Below the pieces are notes generated by a model that was not told the DNA's origin, searched no databases, and saw nothing but the letters and a program-made list of their open reading frames with translations. A DNA stretch of 46,965 nucleotides, from the NCBI GenBank assembly GCA_938040365.1, contig CALHXU010000205.1, positions 1 to 46,965 of the forward strand, in the 5' to 3' direction. The translations under genes and the position numbers were made by a program. The stretch is from an uncultured Acidimicrobiales bacterium (GTDB taxonomy: Bacteria; Actinomycetota; Acidimicrobiia; Acidimicrobiales; SHLQ01). Shown here piece by piece: positions 10,151 through 19,800 of the stretch. Positions within the stretch are counted from its first letter, which is position 1, and each line of letters starts with the position of its first letter.

Positions 10151-10165
10151 TTCGGCCCTAGGGGG

Positions 10166-11152
10166 CTAGGAGCTCACGTCGACGACGACTCGGCCGCGGA
10201 TGTTGCCAGCCACGATGTCGGTTGCGACGCGAGGAACTTCTTCCAAGCCGACCTCGGTGGTGAGCGCATCGAGCAGGTTCACATCGAGATCTGTCGCCAG
10301 CCGGTTCCAGGCGAGTTCGCGTCGCTCGGGGGTCTCGTGCACCGAGTCGATTCCGACCAACGTGACCCCTCGAAGAATGAGCGGTGCGACCGTCGTCTCG
10401 AGATCCATCCCCTGGGCCAAACCGCAGGCGGCCACGCAACCCTTCGCATCCGTTGCGGCAAGGACGTTGGCCAACGTGTGACTACCCGCCACGTCGATCG
10501 CTCCGGCCCAACGAGCCTTTGCGAGTGGCCGACCACCAGACTCGGCAAGCTCGTCGCGGTGAATGAGTTCGGATGCGCCAAGCGTGGTGAGGTACTCACC
10601 TTCGCTCTCGACACGCCCCGATGATGCAATTACTTCGAAGCCGAGCTTGGAGAGCACAGCTACTGCGACCGATCCAACACCGCCCGCTGCGCCTGTCACC
10701 AAGATCGGCCCGCGCTCGGGCGTAAGTCCATGATCTTCGAGGGCGAGGACGCAAAGCATGGCGGTGTAGCCAGCGGTTCCGATTGCGGCGGCCTGGTAGG
10801 TAGAGAATTCTTCGGGGATCGCGGTCAGCCAGTCCGACTGGACCCGCGCTCGTTCTGCCAGCCCGCCCCAGTGTTTCTCGCCCACGTCCCAACCGTTGAG
10901 GACGACGCGGTCCCCGGTCTTGAGCGATTCGCTCTCGGTCATGAGCACCGTGCCGGCAAAGTCGACGCCGGGGACCATTGGCCATGAGCGAACGATCGGC
11001 GAGGTGTTCGTGATCGCCAAGCCATCTTTGTAGTTGATGGTCGAGTACTCGACAGAAACGAGTGTGTCTCCCTCGGGAAGGTCGTCCTCAGAGACATCAT
11101 CGATGGTGACGGAGAACTCGTCATCGACCTTTTTCAGCAGTACTGCACGCAT
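10166..11152 (-). CDS. acuI: MDR family oxidoreductase, acryloyl-CoA reductase AcuI/YhdH type
   Basis: YSTINYKDGLA, PGVDFAG, AAIGTAGYTAML, VTGAAGGVGS, CGLAQGMDL, LRGVTLVGIDSV. Confidence 0.88.
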   Translation of the reverse strand: MRAVLLKKVDDEFSVTIDDVSEDDLPEGDTLVSVEYSTINYKDGLAITNTSPIVRSWPMVPGVDFAGTVLMTESESLKTGDRVVLNGWDVGEKHWGGLAERARVQSDWLTAIPEEFSTYQAAAIGTAGYTAMLCVLALEDHGLTPERGPILVTGAAGGVGSVAVAVLSKLGFEVIASSGRVESEGEYLTTLGASELIHRDELAESGGRPLAKARWAGAIDVAGSHTLANVLAATDAKGCVAACGLAQGMDLETTVAPLILRGVTLVGIDSVHETPERRELAWNRLATDLDVNLLDALTTEVGLEEVPRVATDIVAGNIRGRVVVDVSS

Positions 11153-11233
11153 GGGCCAGACCCTAGGCGTTCGGTGTCAGAGCGGCGCAACCGTGCGCAA
11201 ATTTGACCGCACGAGCCACGAATGATCTGGGAG

Positions 11234-11899
11234 CTATTGCGTCGCAGTGGGATGAGGAACTGCTGGCAAGTTTTTCAGGCTGCTGTAGTTCTGGAATGCC
11301 ATCCCTGCGAGGATGATCGGTGCGAACAGCAGTCCGAGGGTGAACCAGAGTATTGGCGCCAAGATTGCAGCGACCGCAATTGACACCCACGCGGCCCGGC
11401 GCCGACGCTCAAGGCGATCGCCGGGAAGGATATCGGTCATGATGTGACCACCATCGAGCGGGACGATCGGAACGAGGTTGAACGCACTCCAGCCAAAGGT
11501 CGTGAAGAGCCCGATTCTGAAGAGGTCTCGTATGAAGACGGTCTCCTCGATTACTCCCGCTTGACGAACACCCAAGATGATCGCGCCAAGAACGATCCCG
11601 GTGAGCGGCCCCGCAAAGCTGATGAAGATCGACTTCGCCCTCGTGGGTGCCTTTTCTAGGCGATAGCGCGTGAGGCCAGCCATACCGGCGAGGCTGATCG
11701 TCGGCGTGCCAACCGTGCCCTGTGACTTTGCAGCGAACGCGTGGCCGAACTCGTGGATCAAAACAGCGATCACCGCAATGGCAACAAACGCAACGATCCG
11801 GTCGATTTGGTTCTCAAACGAGAGGAAGCCGAGGAACCCCAGCGTTATCAGGAACGACCCTTCGATGTTGACCGGAAACCCCAGTAGTCGAACGTTCAT
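11234..11899 (-). CDS. Site-2 protease (M50) family membrane metalloprotease
   Basis: HEFGH, ISFAGP, FNLVPIVPLDGG; multiple TM segments; GAAGGAG RBS. Confidence 0.9.
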   Translation of the reverse strand: MNVRLLGFPVNIEGSFLITLGFLGFLSFENQIDRIVAFVAIAVIAVLIHEFGHAFAAKSQGTVGTPTISLAGMAGLTRYRLEKAPTRAKSIFISFAGPLTGIVLGAIILGVRQAGVIEETVFIRDLFRIGLFTTFGWSAFNLVPIVPLDGGHIMTDILPGDRLERRRRAAWVSIAVAAILAPILWFTLGLLFAPIILAGMAFQNYSSLKNLPAVPHPTATQ

Positions 11900-12082
11900 A
11901 GTTTCTCCTTCGGCTCCGCCAGTGTTTCGCGCAGAATCGAGCGAATGGCATCAGGATATTGGACGCGAACCATCTTGATGTTCAGCGCGGGCCGAGATGG
12001 GCGAATCGTGGTTCTCAGGCCAGACTGTTGGCGTGGTACTCCTGCTGAGTAGAGCGACCGTTATCTTCGTGAGGACTTCTCA

Positions 12083-13129
12083 GTGAGGCGATCACGTGCC
12101 GCAATCGTCGTGCTTAGCCTTTTCCTTGCGAGCTGTTCGACGCCCGCCGAAGTAGCCGTACCAACAACGACGACCGACGGCCCCCGTCAGGTGGCTCCAG
12201 ACGAGACCGTCACATCGACCACAACGACGTCCACGACAACAACCTCAACGACGACCACCACCGAGCCGCCGCCACCACCTCCGGTAGCAATTGACGCGCT
12301 GGGCGCCATCCGCACAGTTCCCCTGCCCGACACCGACACCGATGCCGAAGACGAAGACGCGACCGCCGAAGAACCCGAGCAAACCGGCCCGACCGTCTTT
12401 GACAACGATGCCACACTGGCGACGCTTGGCTGCACCAGCTCAACGGGCTGTGCTCCAACCGACCTCGCAACCTTTGCCGCAAACCAGATCGATGTGATCA
12501 ACCTCGCGACCTCTGAGGCAGCGGCGGACGGCACCGAGGTCCTCGGCGAGTACCAAGCCGCGTTAATCTCGACCGGGGTCGCAACGGTCGGCTACGGCGA
12601 AAACCTAGAGCAAGCAACGACACCGGTTGTACTAGGCCCTGAAGGTCGGCTCGTCGCTATCTACAGCATTAGTTTCACACCCGAGCTCGACACCGATCTC
12701 GTGGCGTCGGAAACAACCGCCGGCATTGCTGCGGGTGACGAGGCGCTGGCACGGATCCTCGAACGAGTCCGGACCAGCATCGACGGTGGGGAGAAAACGA
12801 TCATCATGGTCGACTGGGGACAAACCGACGACCGAGCACCCACCGAAGCTCAGATCGAGTGGGCGCAGGCCTTTGTCGACGCCGAAGCGAACGTCATTAT
12901 TGGTTACGGTTCTGACTTCCTTCAACGATTCGAGCGCATTCCTCCGACAGCGGTGGCCTTTAACCTCGGCAACGCTGTAACGCTCGACGAAGAACCGTTG
13001 CGCCGCGATACGGCAGTCCTGCATGTGAGTTTCACCGAGGAAACAGAACAGACCTGCTTGCTTCCCGCCGTCGGCGGCGAACTTGGCATCACACTTGACA
13101 ACCCAGCCGAAACCGACTGCAACCAGTAA
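12083..13129 (+). CDS. CapA/PGA_cap-like lipoprotein, metal ligands degenerate
   Basis: Lipobox LASC, Thr/Pro linker; CapA-like blocks IDVINLA, IIMVDWG, DAEANVIIG, AFNLGN. Confidence 0.7.
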   Translation: MRRSRAAIVVLSLFLASCSTPAEVAVPTTTTDGPRQVAPDETVTSTTTTSTTTTSTTTTTEPPPPPPVAIDALGAIRTVPLPDTDTDAEDEDATAEEPEQTGPTVFDNDATLATLGCTSSTGCAPTDLATFAANQIDVINLATSEAAADGTEVLGEYQAALISTGVATVGYGENLEQATTPVVLGPEGRLVAIYSISFTPELDTDLVASETTAGIAAGDEALARILERVRTSIDGGEKTIIMVDWGQTDDRAPTEAQIEWAQAFVDAEANVIIGYGSDFLQRFERIPPTAVAFNLGNAVTLDEEPLRRDTAVLHVSFTEETEQTCLLPAVGGELGITLDNPAETDCNQ

Positions 13130-13156
13130 TTTGCGTCTGCTCCGCCCGACCCCCTC

Positions 13157-13810
13157 CTAGGCGGAGAGCAGGCGGCGGTAGATCAGCTGTTGTCGAAGCA
13201 GCTCTGGGCGTTCGAACAAGATCGCATCGAAACCGAGTGTCGTTGCGGTCACGACGTTTGCTGAAGAGTCATCGATAAAGACGGCGTTCGTCGGCGACAC
13301 GTCATAGCGCGCACACAAGATGTCGAAGATCTCCCGATCGGGCTTCACCACGCCTTCGCGACCGCTGATCACCATGCCATCGAAGCGGTCAAAGAACTCA
13401 TAGTCCGCCTCGATCGAGGCAAACGTGTCCTTGCCCCAGTTGCTGAGGGCGAGTAGCCCCACCCCTTGACGACTGAGGTCATCGAGAATCTCGACCGACC
13501 CCGAGATCACCTCACCCAAGGTCTCCTTCCACCGATCGGCGAACGCCATCACGAGGTCGTGGTGTTGGGGGTGGCGACGCGCAACTGCGGCAGCCACCTC
13601 GGTGACGGGCGTGCCCCGGTCGAGTTCTGCGTTGTCGTCCATCGTGAAGACGTTGTCGAGGAACCAGTCGAGCTCGCCCGGATCGGGAATTAACTTCTCG
13701 TAGAGGTTCCGGCGGTCCCACTCGATCAGCACATTACCCAGGTCAAAAATTACGAATTCAGCCCCACCGGTCACCGAAACATCATCGCTGGTTTGCTGCG
13801 ACGAGGACAA
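13157..13810 (-). CDS. HAD-superfamily hydrolase (HAD-IA)
   Basis: FDLGNVL motif I, LSN motif II, KPDREIF, FIDD; start uncertain. Confidence 0.88.
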   Translation of the reverse strand: MSSSQQTSDDVSVTGGAEFVIFDLGNVLIEWDRRNLYEKLIPDPGELDWFLDNVFTMDDNAELDRGTPVTEVAAAVARRHPQHHDLVMAFADRWKETLGEVISGSVEILDDLSRQGVGLLALSNWGKDTFASIEADYEFFDRFDGMVISGREGVVKPDREIFDILCARYDVSPTNAVFIDDSSANVVTATTLGFDAILFERPELLRQQLIYRRLLSA

Positions 13811-13866
13811 CGCCGAGGTCGGTGGTCGACAACCAGTGTTCGATCAGCTGTGTTGGATTGACAGTC

Positions 13867-16800
13867 TTAGAGGTCCATGACCTCGGTCAAACGTTCGACC
13901 AGTTCGGGGGCTCGTTCAAAGCCAATGATGCACTGATCTTCAGGGAGGAAGTGGACGCCCTCGATCGTGACGACCTCAAAGTTGACGTCGCCATGAAGCT
14001 CGCGCCACGGGTCGACCGTCACTGCGTTCGATGATTCGCTCGCGCTGACATAGATAACTCGGATGCTCTGTTCGTCTGGCCTGTACTTCGCTGCGGCACG
14101 CCGGATTACCGGACCGAGCTGGCGCTCGGCGTCGGTAAAGCTTGGGGTCTGTCCCGACGCTCGAGCATTGCGGTAGCGACGGCGAGCAAGCGCAAAGTCA
14201 ACACGTTCATAGGCCCGCCGGGCACTTTCAGAAGCGACGGCCTTTGCGCCGTCGTTGCGAAGCATGTCCTGGTATTTTTCACGGATCGTTCCGGTGTCGT
14301 CTACCCGCAATCCCGCCATGACGGTGTCGACGAGTACAACCGCTTCGACCTGATCGCCCCGGGCGGTGAGCAGGCGCGCTATCTCCCACGCCAACAACCC
14401 TCCGGTCGACCAGCCAAGAAGACGATACGGGCCGTTCGGTACGGCGGTATCGAGCGCGTCGAGCATCACGGCGGCTTGACCTTCGATCGAGTCGACGATC
14501 TCGCTGCGAGCGTCGGCGCCGGGAAGCCTGAGTCCGACGACGGGAATGTCCGAGCTGAGCGAACGAACGAGTGGTGCATAGCGCAGGAGGTTGCCGCCAC
14601 CGGGTGGCAAGACTACTAACGGACGTTGGGTACCGGTCGCTCGAAGCCACTCGACCAGCTCGTCGGTGTCCGGTCGACTGGGCACTGCGGGCAACGGGGA
14701 GTCTGCGGGCCGCGAAGTTCCGACCCCGAACCGTTGATTCGCGAGCAGTTGAGGTGTCGGAGCATCGATCAGCTCGCCGATCGCCACCCGCTTTCCAAAC
14801 TCGGCTTCGAGCATTGAGACAACCGCTACCGCTCGCAGCGAGTCTCCCCCGAGCTCGAAGAAGTCACTCGTTGACGTGACCTGCTCGCCATCGAATGCTG
14901 CGCTGAAGATCTCAACGATCTTTTGAACGACTTGGTCATCGTCTGCGCTATCGACCAGCGCTATCGACGCGTGTGCTGGCGCCATTGAGGCAACGCTCGT
15001 AATTGGACTGTCCAAAGCGGCAGTGTCGAGCGCATTGCGGTCAAGTTTCCCATTGGTGTTGCGGGGAAGTTCTCGAACGATGCGGATCTGTCGTGGCAGG
15101 TGACTCGCCGGAAGAACCATCGCTGCACGTCGGCGGAGTTCGGCTGTATCGAGCCGCTCCTCAGCACCGCGCATGGGTTCGATGTATGCGATCAGACCGC
15201 GATCTGTCGCTGCGACCAAGCAGGCCTCTACACCGTCGAGGTTGGTGAACGCGACTTCGACCTCACTCGGTTCAAGGCGGACGCCACCGACGGACAGTTG
15301 ATCATCGATCCGCCCAAGAAAGTCGATCGACCCGGAGCCACGTCGGACGACCAAGTCGCCTGTCAAATACGTCAAATCCCCGTCGATCGAACCAAAACAT
15401 TCTGACTCGTCATTATCCTCGGTCGAGATATAGCCGTTGCTGATCCCGGGTCCGGAGAGACGAAGCTCACCTGCGACATCGATCGGTGCCGGTGTGCCCG
15501 TGGTATCGATGACCTCGACGGTCATTCCAGGGATCGGAGTGCCAATGGGCACCGAGAAACGCTCACCATCGCGGGGCGTGCACCGATGCACGGTGGCCCA
15601 CACCGTGGCTTCGGTGGGCCCGTACTCGTTGATCAGCTGTGTCCCAGGAAGTGCGGTGAAGTGTGTATCGATGATCGACGGTGGACAGGCCTCGCCTGCG
15701 ACTATGACGACGTCGAGCCCGGTCAATGCACCAGGGTCACGCTGCAACATTGCGGCGTACACCGATGGCACCATGAGGCCATGGGTGATGTCATGGTCCG
15801 AGATGAGCTCGGTGAGCGCATCGATATCGTGCACCTCGCGTTCGCTTGGAATGATGAGCTCGCCGCCATCCGCGAGCGTCCAGAACAAGCCGGCGATCGA
15901 GGAATCAAACGCCGCGCTCGAAACGAGCAGGTAGCGAGCAACCGGGCGGTCGTACCACTGTCGGCGAGCCCGCACGGACGCTTCGAGGTTGCGATGCGAG
16001 ATCGACACACCCTTTGGGCGTCCGGTAGAGCCGGAGGTAAAGATGACGTACGCCTCGTCGTCTGGTCCGGCAAAATCGGTTTGAACGAGCGGCAGAATTC
16101 TAGGGTCGGGAACGTCGACGAGCACGGTAGGAACCTCGGATAGTCCGGGGTGGCCAGCGCCTGAAGAAACAGCGGCCTGAACGCCAGCCGCCGAGATGAG
16201 CGCGGTGAGTCGTGAGGCCGGCTGGGAAATGTCGATCGGAACGTAACTCGCGCCGATCATCCACGTTGCATAGATCGCCGGAATGAGATCCACCGAACGT
16301 TCGAGGCAGAGCGCGACGCGGTCGTTTGACCCAACGCCGATAGCCCGAAGCCGAGCAGCGATGACTCGGGCCCGCTCGTCAAGGTCTCGATACGAGATGG
16401 AGGTCCCGCCGCTCGATACGGCTTTCGCGTCTTGACCGTTTTCGATCGACGCCGCAATGAGTCCTGCAACCGGCTGCTCGGAGCCGACGAGGGGCACTCC
16501 GGCCAAGGGTGCCGGCGCCGAGTAGAGGTCGGCAACGGTCGAGTCTGGTTGGGTAGCGACCATGTCGAGAGCAGCCGAGAATGCATCGAGCAGAAGTTTT
16601 GCTTGGGCTCTGCTCACGACCGAACCGCGGTACTCGACGCCGAGTTCGACGCGTTCGGCGCGCAACTGGACGAAGAACGTCAGATCGTTGACGGCTGTTC
16701 CAGACGCCAGGATCGTATGGTCGACGACCTCGCCATCGAGTTTGCTCGGCGCGAGGTCTTCGACCGCCAGCATGACCCGACCACTCGGAGGTTCAACTCC

Positions 16801-19800
16801 TCGCTCTCGTGCAGAAGAAATGACCTCACCAAAAGGCACCGCTCGATGTTCGAGTGCCGTACTGAGCTCATTACCGGTACGTAGCGCAAGTTCTCTGAGC
16901 GAGGTATGCCGCTCGACGGGCAAGAGCAGTGGCAGCGGATTAAGGAAGTAGCCAACGACGTCTTTGATCAACGGGTGATCTCGGACCGACGAGGTCACGT
17001 TCAACTCGATGTTGGGTCCCTCATGGAAAGAGCGAAGGCCAGCGGCGAGCGCGGCGAGCGCATTGCCAAACAGCGTTGGAGCCGGTGCCTGACGCAGTTG
17101 AGATGTCGTTACCGAGGCTTCGCGGTGAAGGTATCCATCGGCCTCTGGCGCCTCGGTACGGACACGAAGGTTTGAGAGCGGAGCGCCCGGTGCCCACAGC
17201 TCCTCTGGGCGTGTTGGACGACTCGCTTGCCACGCGCCGTGCTCTGCGTACGTTATCGCGAGGGGCGGCAGCGGCTCGCCGCCGTAGGCAAGATCGAGCT
17301 GTTCCCAGAAGATATCGAGCGACCCTGCATCGCTCACGATGTGATGTGTGCGAAGAAGGAGGCCGCGTCGGACCGGACCCTCGGGACTGGCGCCCGAGAG
17401 GAAATGCGCCGTGATCAAGGGCCCATGCACGAGGTCGAAGGGCACATCGTTGAGCTGTTCGGCAAGTGCGGTTAATGGCGCGACGGTCGACTCAAAATCA
17501 CCGATCCGAAGCGCATCATCAACATCGAGCTGTGCCCGGTCGATGCCATAGGAGGTATGGAGCGTCGGTTGGTGCGCCACCACGGCACGAAGTGCCGCAT
17601 CGAGGCGGTCCCGATCGAAGGTGTCGGGCAGCTCGTAGAGTCGTGCGACGTTGTAGCGAGGGTCGGTCGGGTCCCGGCGCCATTCGTAGAGCATCGCTGC
17701 TTCACCAGCTGAGAGCGGCGCCGCAACGTCGCTCCCTAACGTCGGGATCGCAAAATCGGGTGCACTGCTGGTGTTCGTCGCGCCGTGATCTAGTTCAGCG
17801 AGGCGCTCCTCGACGTACCGGGCGAGGTCAGAAACGGTCCGCTCCTTGAACGCGAGGGATTCGGGGATGATGATTCCGAAGTGGTCGCTGATCCGCACGA
17901 TCATCTCGAGCGCATGCAGCGACGTCCCACCGAGGGCGAAGAAGTCGTCGACTGCGCCAACTTCGGGAAGTCCCAGCACCGAGGACCACACCGATGCGAT
18001 GTCTTTTTCAACGGTTCCTGCAACCGAACGTCCGGTGCGCGTCGCAACGGTTCGCCAAATCGATGGAGCAGGAAGCGCGGCGGAATCAACTTTCCCGTTT
18101 GCGGTGAGCGGGATTTCGGGCACGACTTCGATCGCTCGGGGGATGGCGTGGCTTGGCAACTCGTTTGCGAGCGCGGCCTCGACGAGCGCGGCGTCGAAAT
18201 CAGCTGATGCCTCAACCCAGAGCGTAAGAACCTCAGGCTTCTTTGGCTCGTACCCGACCTCAGCGAGCATCGAGGTAATCGCCGCCAATTCTTCGTCGTC
18301 CATTGGGTCGTCGAGTTCGAAGAGTGCCTCTTCTCGCGTCTTGTGACCGAGGCGAACATCCCAGCTATAGGGAGCTGCATAGTTGTGATGCTGTTGTTCC
18401 ATCTTGTGCACGAAGATGCCAGCCGAGTTGATCAGACAGTTGGTCGATCGACCCGAGTCCGGCGGGCGCTGCCAGGTATTGCTCGCTTCGAGCGCCGCGT
18501 ACATCTCCGAGAGTGGCACGTCGACGTACCGGTAGATGTCAATGAAGGTAATGCGGTCGAAAATCTCGGGGTCGGCGAGGAACTCGACGTCCATGTTCTC
18601 CGAAACCGCGTCGGGCGTCGTGTGGTAGACGTGGCGTGCCTGTCGCACCATCTCGTCGATCGCGTCCGGATCGAAACGATCCTCGCCGAACATTTCAGGG
18701 ACGAGTCGGGTCTCGAAGAACTGTCCGCGCGACAGACCGGTAACGATCGCGCCGATTCCTAACTCCTCGGCTTTCGCGAGCGCGATCGTGTAGATCGCCT
18801 TGTAACAGCCGTTGCAAACGTTCGAGAAGCGCTCGAGGCTGTCTCGGAAGATGTCGTTCATCCCCTCGACTGTGACGAACTCGTGGTCGACGCCGAGCGC
18901 CTCGGTAGCCCGGCGAACGTTTGCCTTTGCCACCTCGGCAATAAAGCCATTGTCGAGGGTTATCGCAAAGACGCGCGCACCCATCTCGACCAGCTTGTAC
19001 ATGGCATACGTCGAGTCCTTGCCCCCTGAGATGAGGTGGATGACGTCGTAGTCTCCGGTCGACCGAGCACGAGCGTCGGCGAGGACTTCGGCGAGATCGT
19101 CTTCGTTTCGGAACCATGCCTCGGCTTGTGGTGCAACCAGTTCGAACTGGTGACAGCTGCTGCATACGCCGTCGCCGTCGATGACGACGTCGGGCACATC
19201 GGATGGCAGCCCACAACGAACACAGTGTTCGACCGCGGGCTTCGCCGTTGGTGTCCAGAGGCGAGTGACCGCGCGGGCAACGCCGGGAACCGACTGGGCC
19301 ACAAACTCGATCTCGCCGGGTTCGAGGCGGATGCCGCCGACCTTGATCTGCTCATCGACTCGTCCGAGGTACACCATCTTGTTGGCGTCGGCCATTCGAG
19401 TGAGGTCGCCGGTCTTATACAACACGTCGGCGCTACCCGATTCGGGAATGACTGCTAGACGTTCCACACTCAGGTCGTCTCGACCGAGGTAGCCAGCGGT
19501 CATTCCTGGGCGGGAAATATGGAGTTCACCGGGAACTCCGAGGGGAACGGGGTAGCCGAACCGGTCGAGGATATGGAGTCCAACACCGGGGGCTGGTCGT
19601 CCAATAGGAACCTCCGGGCCGTTGTCGTGCTCGGGGTCATAAAGGTGGACCATGCAACCAACGACCGCTTCGGTCGGGCCGTACTCGTTGTAGATCCGAA
19701 GCGACGGGCCACATTGCTCCAAGAGACGGTCGGCGAGGTCGACCATGAACGCCTCGCCACCGACGATCAGACCCGAGAGCCCTTCGAGCTTGTTGCGTTC

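Noticed and set aside
18245-19240. Insert as a separate gene or misassembled tRNA thiolase/QueC/WbpG
   Set aside because: It is in frame, at the canonical A8-A9 insertion point, and A9/A10 resume after it; a sulfur-transfer role is not excluded but the Asn code favours the AMDH reading
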